A DNA stretch of 64,000 bases from Longimicrobiales bacterium (GTDB lineage: Bacteria > Gemmatimonadota > Gemmatimonadetes > Longimicrobiales > Gaopeijiaceae): positions 160,001 through 224,000 of the forward strand of contig CBDCKN010000009.1 of the NCBI GenBank assembly GCA_965218295.1. The letters are read 5' to 3'. Every line of letters begins with the position of its first letter. Position 1 is the first letter of the stretch. The position numbers and the translations under genes are program-made. Below are positions 11,197 to 21,048 of this stretch, one piece after another. The notes under the pieces are model-generated. The model was not told the origin of the DNA. It ran no database searches and was given only the letters and a program-made list of their open reading frames with translations.

Positions 11197-11475
11197 ATGG
11201 GAAGGAAGCGACACACTCCGGAGCAGATCATCACTGCACTGCGGGAGGCAGAGGTCGGTCTGGCCCGCGGCAAATCCGTGAAGCTGATCAGCCGGGAGCT
11301 CGGCATCACCGAGCAGACGTACTACCGGTGGAGGCGGGAGTACGGCGGGATGAAGGTAAGCCAGGCACGGCGCCTGAAGGAGCTCGAGCGCGAGAACGGG
11401 CGCCTGAAGCGAGCAGTGGCGGACTTGACACTGGACAAGCTGATCGTGGAGGAAGCGGCCCAGGGAAACTTCTGA
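11197..11475 (+). CDS. IS3 transposase OrfA (HTH)
   Basis: MGRKRHTPEQII...GITEQTYYRWRREYGGM...LKELERENGRLK. Confidence 0.92.
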   Translation: MGRKRHTPEQIITALREAEVGLARGKSVKLISRELGITEQTYYRWRREYGGMKVSQARRLKELERENGRLKRAVADLTLDKLIVEEAAQGNF

Positions 11476-12359
11476 GCCCCGAGCGCCGACGACGTTGTGT
11501 GGTGCGTGTACGTCAGCAGCTCGGGGCGTCGGAGAGGAGAGCGTGCCGGGTGCTCGGGCAGCCACGCACGACCCAGCGCCGGGCGAGGAAAGTGGCGAGT
11601 GACGAGGGGGCGCTCCGAGGTGATATCGTGCGACTCGCGAGTCGATTCGGCCGCTACGGCTACCGACGCGTCACGGACATGCTCCGCATCGAGGGCTGGG
11701 GGGTGAACCACAAGCGGGTGGAGCGGATCTGGAGGCAGGAGGGGCTGAAGGTCCCGGAGCGGCAGCCGAAGCGAAGTCGGCTGTGGCTCAACGACGGATC
11801 GTGCATCCGGCTGAGGCCGCTGTATCGGGGCCACGTCTGGTCGTACGACTTCGTGGCCTCGAGGACGCACGACGGACGTGCGCTGAAGCTGCTGACAGTG
11901 CTGGACGAGCACACGAGGGAGTGCCTGGCGATCGTGGTGGCTCGCAAGATCCGCTCGCACGACGTGCTCGAGGTGCTGGCCGATCTGTTCGTCCGACACG
12001 GGCCTCCCGAGTATCTGAGGTCGGACAACGGACCGGAGTTCACCGCGAAGCTCGTGCGGCGGTGGTTGGGGCGCGTGGGCGTCGAGACGCTCTTTATCGA
12101 GCCGGGCAGCCCGTGGGAGAACGGCTACAACGAGAGCTTCAACGGCAAGCTCAGGGACGAGCTGTTGAACGGGGAGATCTTCTACTCGTTGGCGCAGGCG
12201 GCCGTGCTGGTCGAGCAATGGAGGCGCGAGTACAATACCGTCCGACCCCATAGCGCCTGCGGCCGCTTTCCCCCGGCCCCTGAGGCGATTAAGCCGTCGC
12301 CCTGGTTCCTGAGGATGCCCGTCCTTCACGGCCCTCCACAGGTGCTGGGACTAACATAG
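11466..12359 (+). CDS. IS3 transposase OrfB (DDE), reached by -1 frameshift
   Basis: WSYDF, RSDNGPEF and ENGYNESFNGKLRDE motifs. Confidence 0.92.
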   Translation, partial: KLLSPERRRRCVVRVRQQLGASERRACRVLGQPRTTQRRARKVASDEGALRGDIVRLASRFGRYGYRRVTDMLRIEGWGVNHKRVERIWRQEGLKVPERQPKRSRLWLNDGSCIRLRPLYRGHVWSYDFVASRTHDGRALKLLTVLDEHTRECLAIVVARKIRSHDVLEVLADLFVRHGPPEYLRSDNGPEFTAKLVRRWLGRVGVETLFIEPGSPWENGYNESFNGKLRDELLNGEIFYSLAQAAVLVEQWRREYNTVRPHSACGRFPPAPEAIKPSPWFLRMPVLHGPPQVLGLT

Positions 12360-12594
12360 GATGTGGTACCGCTCTTGGGGGCAGGTCATCGCCGCCCGGT
12401 CAGTGACCTGGAGGTCCGGGAAGACGCGGGTAGTGATTCCCCGCTCTGGAGGACAACGCACCTGGGCGGCTGACCCGGAAGCCTACCCGGTTCTGACGGC
12501 GGAGGACCGGCGACGGCTGGCGTTCGGTGCCGGAGACAATCGGGTGGGCTAGACCCCATCTGGCGGGGAGATCGGCGCTCTCCGGGGCGCTCAC

Positions 12595-12676
12595 GGGGGA
12601 TCGAAGGGGCGGACCCCCTCGCCAGCCCCTGCCGGGGACCCGCGAAGCGTGGCCCCAAAGGGTAAGCTGCTCATGA
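12595..12676 (-). other. Orphan oriT-like sequence (inverted homolog of 19440-19525)
   Basis: Reverse complement TCATGAGCAGCTTACCCTTTGGGGCCACGCTTCGCGGGTCCCCGGCAGGGGCTGGC nearly matches the sequence upstream of mobC. Confidence 0.65.
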
Positions 12677-12712
12677 ACCTTAGTCTGCGCCTAAGGGGTG
12701 GAGGAGGAAATA

Positions 12713-14476
12713 ATGTCCACCAGTTTCGCGCGAAACCCACTTGGCGCTTCGAGGAATCCCATTCCTCGTCACCGAACGATTGTCCGACTGTTCACGGTAC
12801 TAGCGGCTGCGGCTCTGGCCAAAGGATGCGGGGACGGCGACAGCCCCATCGCACCGCCACCCGATCCACCTCGTCCCACGACGGTGTCCGTGAGCCCGGC
12901 TACGGACGAGCTGACCGCGTGGGGCGCGACCGTTCAACTGAGCGCGGAGGTGCGTGACCAGAACGCCAGGGTGGTGGGTGGGGCGACCGTGACCTGGACG
13001 AGTAGCGCCAGCTCGGTGGCGACGGTCGATGCGTCGGGCCTCGTTACAGCGGCGGGCAATGGGATGGCGACGATCACGGCGTCCGCCGGGTCGGCATCAG
13101 GCTCCGCGGTGGTGACGGTGACGCAGTCGGTGGAATCGGTCGTCGTGTCGCCGTCTGAGGAGACCATCGCTCTGGGCAACACGCTTCAGCTGACGCCGGA
13201 GGCGTTCGACGAGAACGGGCATGCGGTGGCGGGAGCCGAGTTCTCGTGGGAGTCGAGCGACGTCGCGGTGGCGACGGTGAACGCTGGGGGTCTGGTGACG
13301 GCGATCGCCGAAGGAGTGGCCACGATTACGGCAAGCGCGGGGTCGGCATCAGGGTCCGCGGTGGTCACGGTTCGGCCCACATATACTCTATCTGGCACGG
13401 TGAGCGACAGCCGGAGAAACGGTTCAATGCTTGCCGGCGCGGTCGTGCGGCTCCGAAACGGCAGACAGGAATCCATGACGACAGGTCCCGACGGGCGCTA
13501 CCGTTTCCAGAACGTCTGGGGGACGGTTACGGTTACGGTGACCGCCGAGCCCAGCTACGTGGCCGAGACCGTCGAGGTTACTGTGGACGCGGACCGCACG
13601 GTCGATTTCGCCCTTGAACACACGGGAATCTCGCCGTTCGGGGGCACTGTGTTCATCACGCCAAACATCCTCGATGCTTCGGACCCCACATCGCTCGGGA
13701 GCGTAACGTATGCAGGACGCGGGGAGCGGATGATCTATGACAGACGGCCCGATATGTGGATCACGGTCGACGCTTACCTTTTCGACGCGCAGTACGACGG
13801 ACAGGTACTGGAGTTCCAGGTCAACCCGGAATTTGGCAGCGTGGAGGCAGCACAGACGGAAGTTGAGAAGTACGCGCCGGCGATCGGCCGGCTGCCGACC
13901 GTTCTTCTGTCGCGAGCCCTCGAAGTACAGATCAACGCCGGGGATGGGCTCTTCGGAGGCAACTCGCGAGACAGGAGCTTCCTAATTCACACGGACCAGG
14001 GGGAGAAACGCATCCGCGACGGCTTCCTGGAGGAAGTGCTTTTCCATGAAGCCGGGCATATCTCGCTGGATCCCGTGCATGCAAACGCCGCCGGATGGCG
14101 AGCGGCACAGCAGGCCGACGGCGTCTCTATTTCCGACTATGCCCGTGACTTTCCAGACAGAGAAGGCGTCGCCGAGAGCATCTTAACTTACTTCGCTGTG
14201 CGGTACCGGCCCGAGCGGCTGAGCGAGGCCGACCGGGCTGCGATTCTTGCCGCCATACCGAATCGTCTGGTCTATTTCGACGAGCAGGGACTCGACATGT
14301 CGCCCTACGTGGCGACGGAATCGATTGCCCCCGTCCTCGGAGCGAGTTCGTTCCAGCCGCAGCCACGGATCTGGCGACCATTCGAAGCCCCCCCCCCGCG
14401 AGGCCAGGCAGCGGACGCTGAATCGTCGTCGAGACGATCGATCAGATCGAAGAACACCGGCGAGAACCTGCGGTAG
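12713..14476 (+). CDS. Surface lipoprotein with two Big_2-type Ig domains, a carboxypeptidase-regulatory-like domain and a HEXXH domain
   Basis: Lipobox AKGC, W.SS...VATV.A.GLVTA repeats, [25 protein letters not shown] before ATG 12713. Confidence 0.82.
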   Translation: MSTSFARNPLGASRNPIPRHRTIVRLFTVLAAAALAKGCGDGDSPIAPPPDPPRPTTVSVSPATDELTAWGATVQLSAEVRDQNARVVGGATVTWTSSASSVATVDASGLVTAAGNGMATITASAGSASGSAVVTVTQSVESVVVSPSEETIALGNTLQLTPEAFDENGHAVAGAEFSWESSDVAVATVNAGGLVTAIAEGVATITASAGSASGSAVVTVRPTYTLSGTVSDSRRNGSMLAGAVVRLRNGRQESMTTGPDGRYRFQNVWGTVTVTVTAEPSYVAETVEVTVDADRTVDFALEHTGISPFGGTVFITPNILDASDPTSLGSVTYAGRGERMIYDRRPDMWITVDAYLFDAQYDGQVLEFQVNPEFGSVEAAQTEVEKYAPAIGRLPTVLLSRALEVQINAGDGLFGGNSRDRSFLIHTDQGEKRIRDGFLEEVLFHEAGHISLDPVHANAAGWRAAQQADGVSISDYARDFPDREGVAESILTYFAVRYRPERLSEADRAAILAAIPNRLVYFDEQGLDMSPYVATESIAPVLGASSFQPQPRIWRPFEAPPPRGQAADAESSSRRSIRSKNTGENLR

Positions 14477-14570
14477 GCCTTATGGCGTTCCTCCGGACCG
14501 GTGATCGCCTGATAGAGGCCGAGGTAGACCTCGTACGAGCTGTCGATATGGCGCGAGAGCACGGTCATCG
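14440..14570 (-). pseudogene. hsdR: Type I restriction subunit R (EcoAI/EcoEI-like) internal fragment
   Basis: [33 protein letters not shown] is the segment that normally precedes the DECH box. Confidence 0.6.
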
Positions 14571-14591
14571 TGCCGCCGAACGGCGGGCGGC

Positions 14592-14703
14592 CTAGGCCGC
14601 GTCCACCTGCCGCGAGATGTCCTCTGCCCGGATGCGGGTGAAGCTTCGGGAGAACCTCTCGTACTCGGCGGCGAGCTCGTCACGAAAATGCGAAGACATC
14701 CAT
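14592..14703 (-). pseudogene. N-terminal remnant of a large DEAD/DEAH (DUF1998-type) helicase
   Basis: MDVFAF(+1 T)[30 protein letters not shown] starts 8 nt after the abiEii stop. Confidence 0.5.
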
Positions 14704-14711
14704 GGCCGGAC

Positions 14712-15743
14712 TTATCGGTCCGTCATCCACGGAGCGTTGGCCCGCGCCTCGATCATGGCGCATCGCTCCATGAGCGTGCCGAACGGCTCATCTTCGTCCA
14801 GCAACATCCCCGATGCGACCATGCTGGCGTAATCATTGGCGAGCACCTCCTGTGCGGCGCCGGAGGGAACGAGCCTGAGCGAGCCCGAGACCGCGGCCTC
14901 GTAGTCGATCCGCTGGCCGCCGGAATCGTTCTCGCGGAAGAACATTGCCTTGTGGCGCGCAACCGAGAGCGCGAGTTCGCGGTCCGCCAGAGCCCGTGCC
15001 GCGATCCCGGCGTCGTCAAGGCGAGCGAGATCGTGCCAGTGCCTCGACCAGCGCTCGCCGCGGCGGCGCCCCTGAAGGCAGTGAACGTGCATCGAGGTGG
15101 CTTTCTCCCAGAATGTACGCTCCGCCAGCATGACGGCTGGACGTGCCTCCGGAAACGTCAGATCCGGAAGGTACGCCGCGGCATCGCACACAACCGCATG
15201 GGCAGCGTGGGGCTCGCCGGTGGAGCGTGCCCCGAAGTCGACCTTGACCTCCGGCCGCATGGTTCCGAAGGACTGGAACAGCGGTTCGTACGTCACGTGG
15301 AGTCGCTCGGCCTCCGCACGAACCCGCGCCACGAACCCGGCGCGTGCAAGCCCTTCCTGGACGAACGGGCCGGCCCGCTCGCGGACCCATTCGGCAAGCC
15401 GGGGACGGATCGCCTTTGTCCAGCGCCTCTCCTGACTGCGCGTGAGCGGCAGTGCCTCGTCGCCGGCACCGGCAACCAGATCCGGTGCGAAGCCGCGGAT
15501 GTCGTAGGTGATGTCGATGTCTTCCGAGAACCGCCGGATCGCGCGCCACACCTTGGACAAGGAGGTGCCGCCCTTGAACACCAACTGATGGCCGAACGGG
15601 GCGTCGAACAGGACGCCGAGGGTTGCGACCACCCAGATGTCTTTCTCGAGCACGAACGCCGGGTGCGGGCATTCGGCTTGAGCGGCACGCAAGGCATGAC
15701 GGCGCTCTTCGGCCGCCAGGCGCTGAAACAGTGCTTCAGCCAT
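14712..15743 (-). CDS. abiEii: AbiEii/AbiGii nucleotidyltransferase toxin (type IV TA)
   Basis: LEKDIWV, VFKGGTSLSK..I.RFSEDID, ERTFWEK and RHWHD motifs. Confidence 0.93.
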   Translation of the reverse strand: MAEALFQRLAAEERRHALRAAQAECPHPAFVLEKDIWVVATLGVLFDAPFGHQLVFKGGTSLSKVWRAIRRFSEDIDITYDIRGFAPDLVAGAGDEALPLTRSQERRWTKAIRPRLAEWVRERAGPFVQEGLARAGFVARVRAEAERLHVTYEPLFQSFGTMRPEVKVDFGARSTGEPHAAHAVVCDAAAYLPDLTFPEARPAVMLAERTFWEKATSMHVHCLQGRRRGERWSRHWHDLARLDDAGIAARALADRELALSVARHKAMFFRENDSGGQRIDYEAAVSGSLRLVPSGAAQEVLANDYASMVASGMLLDEDEPFGTLMERCAMIEARANAPWMTDR

Positions 15744-16332
15744 GCGCCAGACGCGTGCTCAGCGGCTCAGCCAACCACACCGGCATGACGGCCCGCGCGA
15801 CCGCAAGCTCCTCGAGGTCTTCCTCCGAGAGCTTGGGCAGGATCGCGTCGAGGCTGTCTTCGACCTCTTCGGGGCCGAGCCATGCCAGGGCGCGGATCAC
15901 CACTCCCGCCATCCTGTGCGGGGCCGCCAACTGCCACCGGGGAGCGTGGCGCAGCTCGACGGGATGCTTGCCGAAGCGCAATCGCCGACTGCGGCCGGAG
16001 GTGAGATAGACCGAGCGGACCGGATTCTGCGTCGTCAAACCAAGCCAGTTGGCCGCGCCGCCTCCGTTCGAGACGATCGTCTCGCGCCAGAGCTCCGAGA
16101 GCGCCAGGAGTGACTTCTCGGTGCCCGGCGCACACCGCCCGAAGCGGGTCTGGATTGGGCGCATGTAGACCCCTTGGCAGATCCGCATGAGCCGGCCTGA
16201 ACGGGCCAGGCGGGAGAGCGCCTGACCCACCGCGGCCCTTTGGCCGAGGTGAAGCAGGGCCGCCGGGCAGATCGGCGTGGCCTCCGGCATGGCCTCGGCG
16301 TGCTCCATGATGCGCTCGGGCAGGCTCTTCAT
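15736..16332 (-). CDS. abiEi: AbiEi-type antitoxin (DUF6088-like winged HTH)
   Basis: ALSRLARSGRLMRICQGVY and GAANWLGLTTQNP. Overlaps the toxin start. Confidence 0.88.
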   Translation of the reverse strand: MKSLPERIMEHAEAMPEATPICPAALLHLGQRAAVGQALSRLARSGRLMRICQGVYMRPIQTRFGRCAPGTEKSLLALSELWRETIVSNGGGAANWLGLTTQNPVRSVYLTSGRSRRLRFGKHPVELRHAPRWQLAAPHRMAGVVIRALAWLGPEEVEDSLDAILPKLSEEDLEELAVARAVMPVWLAEPLSTRLAHG

Positions 16333-16734
16333 GGCTTTCTCTCTCCGCGTCACAAATCGAACCACAAATATAACAGTCGTCCTGTTCGGAGCGACTCTCG
16401 AAGCCCTTGATCCGTTGCCGCGGCAGGCACGGCACGCCGCTCGGCGACCGCCCCGCGCCCCGGCATGTGAAACCTGTCACTTCCGTGTGGGCGACGCCAA
16501 GTCGGCCGTGCCCGGGCCGACGTCCCGGTCGAGCCCTAAGACCCTTGACGGGAACCTCTGGCGAGCGCTGCGGAGGGTGTGTCTGCCATGCCACTGGCGG
16601 AGCCATCCAACAGCTCGTGTACCGTACTGGCCATCTATAGCCGTTACAGGCACTTAGGAGATTTCCTATGAGTTGACTTCCTTGCATGCAGGTCTTCACC
16701 GTTGTGGCCATGAAGACGCGGGAGCAGTACGGGC

Positions 16735-17238
16735 ATGGAGACGCTGGAGCAGCAGTTCGACTCGCGTGTGAGGGTGTTCCTCGGGCGGACGGGCGTGAGT
16801 CCGACGACGTTCGGCTTGAAGGCGCTGGGCGACCCGAACCTGATGCGCCAGATCGACGGCGGGCGCTCGCTGTCGCTGAGAACGGCGGACCGGGTTCTGG
16901 CGTTCGTGGCGGACTACGACCTGGACACGGGCGGCGCTCGGACTCCGCCCCGAGGCCACCGGCGCCGGAAGCCTTCGCCGGGGGCGAGGAGAACGAGGAG
17001 GAGCAGAGCGATGAGTGAACAACCGATCGAACAGAGAACGAACCCGCCGACCCGCTTCCTGCGGCGGCCGGAGGTAACGGCCCGCACGGGTCTGGCGCGG
17101 AGCACGATCAAGGTGCGGATGCGCGAGGGGTGCTTCCCCCGGCCGGTATTGCTGGGCGGGCGCGCCGTGGGCTGGATCGAGGAGGAGGTGGACGAGTGGA
17201 TTCGGAAGCAGATCGCGTTGAGCCGCGGCGAAGCCTAG
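16735..17238 (+). CDS. alpA: Phage-type HTH domain in frame with an AlpA-family regulator/excisionase (internal ATG at 17011)
   Basis: SPTTFGLKALGDPNL N-domain, then FLRRPEVTARTGLARSTI...FPRPVLLGGRAVGWIEEEVDEWI. Confidence 0.8.
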   Translation: METLEQQFDSRVRVFLGRTGVSPTTFGLKALGDPNLMRQIDGGRSLSLRTADRVLAFVADYDLDTGGARTPPRGHRRRKPSPGARRTRRSRAMSEQPIEQRTNPPTRFLRRPEVTARTGLARSTIKVRMREGCFPRPVLLGGRAVGWIEEEVDEWIRKQIALSRGEA

Positions 17239-17253
17239 TGAGCGACGCATTCA

Positions 17254-17562
17254 ATGGAGACTAAGGAGCAGACGATGCAACGTTTCATAAGGACGGTACG
17301 AGCGGCGGCCTGGGCCACGCTGTGGTTGCTGTTCCCCGGCCTGCTGTGGGCGCAGGGGACGAGCCCGTGGGTGGAGGCGGTGAACGAGCTGCAGGCGCAG
17401 TTCACGGGTCCGATCGCTCGGGGACTGTCGCTGATCGCGATCGTGGTGGGCGGGCTGATGTTCGCGTTCGGCGAGGGTGGGAGCAAGCGCACGCTGGCCG
17501 GGATCATCTTCGGTCTCGGGATGGCGATGGGCGCGGCGAACTTCCTGGCGTGGCTGTTCTGA
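17254..17562 (+). CDS. virB2: TrbC/VirB2 pilin
   Basis: Signal peptide, SPW...FTGPIARGLSLIAIVVGGLMFAFGEG. Confidence 0.88.
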   Translation: METKEQTMQRFIRTVRAAAWATLWLLFPGLLWAQGTSPWVEAVNELQAQFTGPIARGLSLIAIVVGGLMFAFGEGGSKRTLAGIIFGLGMAMGAANFLAWLF

Positions 17563-17864
17563 TGCGGGGTCTGAGGCGCTGGGCCGGTTATGCGGCGCTG
17601 AACCGACCGCTCACGATCCTGGGTGTCGAGCGTAGGGGGTTTCTCCTCGTCGCCACGCTCGGGCTCGCGATGTGGAACGCGATGGCTTCGCTCGTGACTG
17701 GCGGCGTGGTGTTCGCGGTGGGCTACGGGGCCGGGTGGCTCGCTGGCCGCAAGGACCCCGACATGCTTGGCGTGCTCCGGGCCGGGACGCGCTTCCCGGC
17801 GCGTTTCGACCCGGGCAAGTGGGCCGATGAGCCGTGGCATCTCTTGATTCGGAGCGGGCGGTGA
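17562..17864 (+). CDS. virB3: VirB3/TrbD T4SS protein
   Basis: ALNRPLTILGVER, two TM segments and RKDP motif. Coupled to virB2. Confidence 0.82.
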   Translation: MRGLRRWAGYAALNRPLTILGVERRGFLLVATLGLAMWNAMASLVTGGVVFAVGYGAGWLAGRKDPDMLGVLRAGTRFPARFDPGKWADEPWHLLIRSGR

Positions 17865-18030
17865 GGATCGCTGCGGAGCTCCGGGACCACGAGGCGGCCG
17901 GTTCGCTGGCGGAGGAGCTGCCCTACTGGGGCTGGCTCGAGGACGGCCGTACCTGCCTGACCCGCTCGGGCGAGCTGATCGCGGCCGGCCGGCTAGCGCC
18001 TGCGGTAGTCGATGGGCGTTCGCCCGAACT
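17861..18030 (+). pseudogene. virB4: VirB4/TrbE N-terminus, truncated
   Basis: GSLAEELPYWGWL..CLTRSGEL follows virB3. Sequence turns AT-rich at about 18030. Confidence 0.7.
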
Positions 18031-18180
18031 ACACACCCATATGAAGTGTATTGGCGTGTCAATTCGCGCCATAAAGTCCATAAATAGCCGCTATCACAGT
18101 ATCTTACGAACCCTATATGCTCTCCTCGATCACTCGTGACGTCCCTTGCCATCCCCGATCATCCCCTATATTATGTGGGG

Positions 18181-19413
18181 ATGAGTACTGTAACGAACAC
18201 GGCCGCCGCGCCACGGAAGACCAAGCCCAAGGGCCGTCACCCCTACAAGGCGCTGTCGGCCGCCTTCATCCGCACGGCTCCGCCGGGCAGACACGCGGAT
18301 GGCAACGGGTTGTACCTCTTCGTCCAGCCGAGCGGTGCCCGGAGCTGGATCCAGCGTCTGGTGATCCGCGGCCGACGCCGTGAGCTCGGACTTGGCAGCG
18401 TGGCTCTGGTCTTGCTCGCCGAGGCCCGCGAGAAGGCGCGGGCGAACCGCAAGCTGGCCCGCGAGGGCGGCGACCCGCTCGCCGAGAAACGCCTCGCCCG
18501 GGGCGTGCCGAGCTTCGCCGAAGCCGCCGCGAAGGTGGTGGACCAGAAGCGGGTCGGCTGGCGGAGTCCGAGGCAAGCCGATCAATGGATGGCGAGCCTG
18601 AGGCGCTATGCCTTCCCGCGCATCGGCGAGGTGGCGGTCTCGGACGTGACAAGCGCCGACGTGCTGGAGATCCTCACGCCGATCTGGCATGTGAAGGTGG
18701 CCTCGGCGCGAAACGTGCGATGGAGGATCCGGGCGGTATTGGAGTGGGCCGTGGCGATGGAATACAGGGCCGACAACCCGTGCGACCGGATCGGCCCGGT
18801 CCTGGGTCCCCAGTATCATGTCGTGCAGCACCAGCGGGCCTTGCCGCATCGCGAGGTGGCATCGGCCATCGAGACCGTGCGGGAATCGTCGGCACCGCCG
18901 GTGCTCAAGCTGGCGTTCGAGTTCCTGGTGTTGACGGCAGCGAGGTGGGGCGAGGTGCGGTTGGCCGAGTGGGGCGAGGTCGATCGGGCGGATGGGGTAT
19001 GGACGGTTCCCGCGACTCGGATGAAGATGCGGCGAGAGCACCGGGTGCCGCTCTGTGGCCGCGCGCTGGAGATCCTCAAGGAGGCGCGGACGATCAGGCC
19101 CGGCAGCCCGCTGGTGTTCACCGGTGGCGACGAGAAACCGATCTTCGACAAGCGGCCGCGCCGACTACTTCGGAAACTCCGGATCGGGGCCGTGCCCCAC
19201 GGGTTCCGGTCTAGTTTTCGCGACTGGGCGGCCGAGGAGACGGACCATCCGCGCGAGGTCGTCGAGGCGGCGCTGGCTCACGTCGTGCAGAACAAGGTCG
19301 AGGCGGCCTACATGCGCTCTGACCTGTTCGAGCGGCGGCGTCGGCTCATGAACGACTGGGCCGCGTATCTCGCCAGCGAGCGTCGAGACCCAGAGGCCGA
19401 ACCGATCCGTTGA
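18181..19413 (+). CDS. int: P4-like tyrosine integrase
   Basis: Arm-binding DGNGLYL..W..R...GRRRELGLG, catalytic TAAR, HGFR, LAH and AY. Confidence 0.93.
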   Translation: MSTVTNTAAAPRKTKPKGRHPYKALSAAFIRTAPPGRHADGNGLYLFVQPSGARSWIQRLVIRGRRRELGLGSVALVLLAEAREKARANRKLAREGGDPLAEKRLARGVPSFAEAAAKVVDQKRVGWRSPRQADQWMASLRRYAFPRIGEVAVSDVTSADVLEILTPIWHVKVASARNVRWRIRAVLEWAVAMEYRADNPCDRIGPVLGPQYHVVQHQRALPHREVASAIETVRESSAPPVLKLAFEFLVLTAARWGEVRLAEWGEVDRADGVWTVPATRMKMRREHRVPLCGRALEILKEARTIRPGSPLVFTGGDEKPIFDKRPRRLLRKLRIGAVPHGFRSSFRDWAAEETDHPREVVEAALAHVVQNKVEAAYMRSDLFERRRRLMNDWAAYLASERRDPEAEPIR

Positions 19414-19415
19414 GG

Positions 19416-19525
19416 GGCTGGCTCATGACCCCTTAGCAGTCATGAGCCAGCCTACCCTTTGGGGCCACGCTTCGCGGGTCCCCGGCAGGGGCTGGCGGGG
19501 GGCTGTGCCCCCTCTGACCCCCCCA
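19416..19525 (+). other. Putative oriT of the ColE1-like mob module
   Basis: Perfect 14-bp IR GGCTGGCTCATGAC/GTCATGAGCCAGCC (19416-19452) contains CTGGCTCA, similar to ColE1 nic CTGGCTTA. Lies directly upstream of mobC. Confidence 0.65.
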
Positions 19526-19541
19526 ACGGCAACGGCACATC

Positions 19542-19880
19542 ATGGGCGCTGGACGCGACGTGTGGGTGAAGATCCGCGCCAGCGAGGCGGAGCGTGCCGA
19601 GTGGCACGCGAAGGCGCGCTCCGCAGGGTTAACGCTGTCGGATCTGGTGCGCCGGTCGGTGGGCCGGGTGCGCCCCTGGACCGTGGCGCACGCCGATGTG
19701 GAGCGAGAGCGCACCCGCGAGCTGGCGCGGATCGGGGCGAACCTGAACCAGATCGCCCGCTGGGCCAATACCTTCAAAGCGAACGCCGAGGCCGTCGAGA
19801 TCGTCGCCCACCTGGTCGCCATCGAGCGGGCGCTCACGGCGCTGGCCGACGTCGGGCTCCCCGACCCCGATGCACATTAA
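19542..19880 (+). CDS. mobC: MobC/MbeC relaxosome accessory protein
   Basis: RHH-like N-terminus and LARIGANLNQIAR motif. Confidence 0.92.
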   Translation: MGAGRDVWVKIRASEAERAEWHAKARSAGLTLSDLVRRSVGRVRPWTVAHADVERERTRELARIGANLNQIARWANTFKANAEAVEIVAHLVAIERALTALADVGLPDPDAH

Positions 19881-21048
19881 GTTCCTGGCCCGCGGAACCG
19901 GCTCGGCCCGGGCGGCGGCCGACTACCTCCTCGGGGCGCGGGACGCGGCGGGTCAACTCCGCGCGGGCGTGGAGGTCTTTCGGGGGAACCCCCATCAGGC
20001 GGCTGCGGTGGCCGATGCGCTGGGGTTCGAGCACAAGTACACGTCGGGCGTGATTGCCTGGGCACCCGACGACACTCCGACCGACGCGCAGATCGGCGCG
20101 GTTATCGATGCCTTCGAGCAGACGGCCTGGGCCGGGCTCGAACCCGACCGCTACGCCTGGGCCGCCGTGCTGCACCGCGAGCGCGGCGGCGGCGCTCACG
20201 TGCATGTCCTGGCCGCGCGGTGCGACCTGGAGACCGGCCGGAGCCTCAACATCGCGCCCCCCGGGTGGCGGAAGACGTTCGACCCGCTCCGCGACGCCTT
20301 CAACGCCGAACACGGCTGGAGCCGGCCGGACGACCCGGCGCGGGCCAGGGTGCAGCACCCCGGTCACCGCGCCTACGTCGAGGCGGCGCGGCTCAGGACC
20401 GGCCTCGGGCTGGAGTCCGAGCCCCGCGACCTGATCCGGGACTACCTGCTCCAGCGCGTCGAGCACGGCACGGTGCGGAACCGGGCCGATATCGTCGCCG
20501 CCCTGCGGGAGGCGGGCCTGGAGGTGCCGCGCCAGGGCCAGGACTACCTGACGGCCCTGGATCCCACGACCAGGGACCGGTGGCGTCTGAAAGGAGAGCT
20601 ATACGCACATGACTTCAAACGCGAACGACTTGACCGAGCGATTGCGGAGACGGCTGGAGACCGAACGCCAGGCGATCGAGGAATTGACCGCGAGCGAGCT
20701 CGAGCGGCTCGGCGCGAACTCGCGGCGCGTTGCGAGGAACGCGCTGCATACCATCGAAGCCGATACGGCGGTGGCGACCGGTCGGATGCGCGCCCTCCTG
20801 CTCAAGGCCTGGCTCCGGCCCCTGGTCGTCGGCCTGAGCCTCTGGCTTGGCATCTGCGGCGGGAGCTGGGCGACGATGCACTGGCTGTCGGCGCGCATCC
20901 AGGCCCGGATCCAGACGGCCGCCGCCCTCGACCTGGATATCGGGGAGGCACGCCAGACCCTGGAGCGGCTCGAGGCGACCACCTGGGGGATCACGCTTCG
21001 GGAGATCGAGGGGGAGCGGTTCGTGGTGCTGCCGGCCGGCGCGCTCGC

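Larger units (their letters stand above)
11119..12388 (+). mobile_element. Complete IS3-family (IS407-group-like) element
   Basis: IRs TGACCTGACCCCC.. and ..GGGGGCAGGTCA, orfA/orfB, slippery GGGAAAC at 11463-11469. No target duplication seen. Confidence 0.92.

Noticed and set aside
18030..18180. tRNA or tmRNA fragment as attachment site for the P4-type integrases
   Set aside because: No T-loop or CCA-end pattern was found near either integrase.
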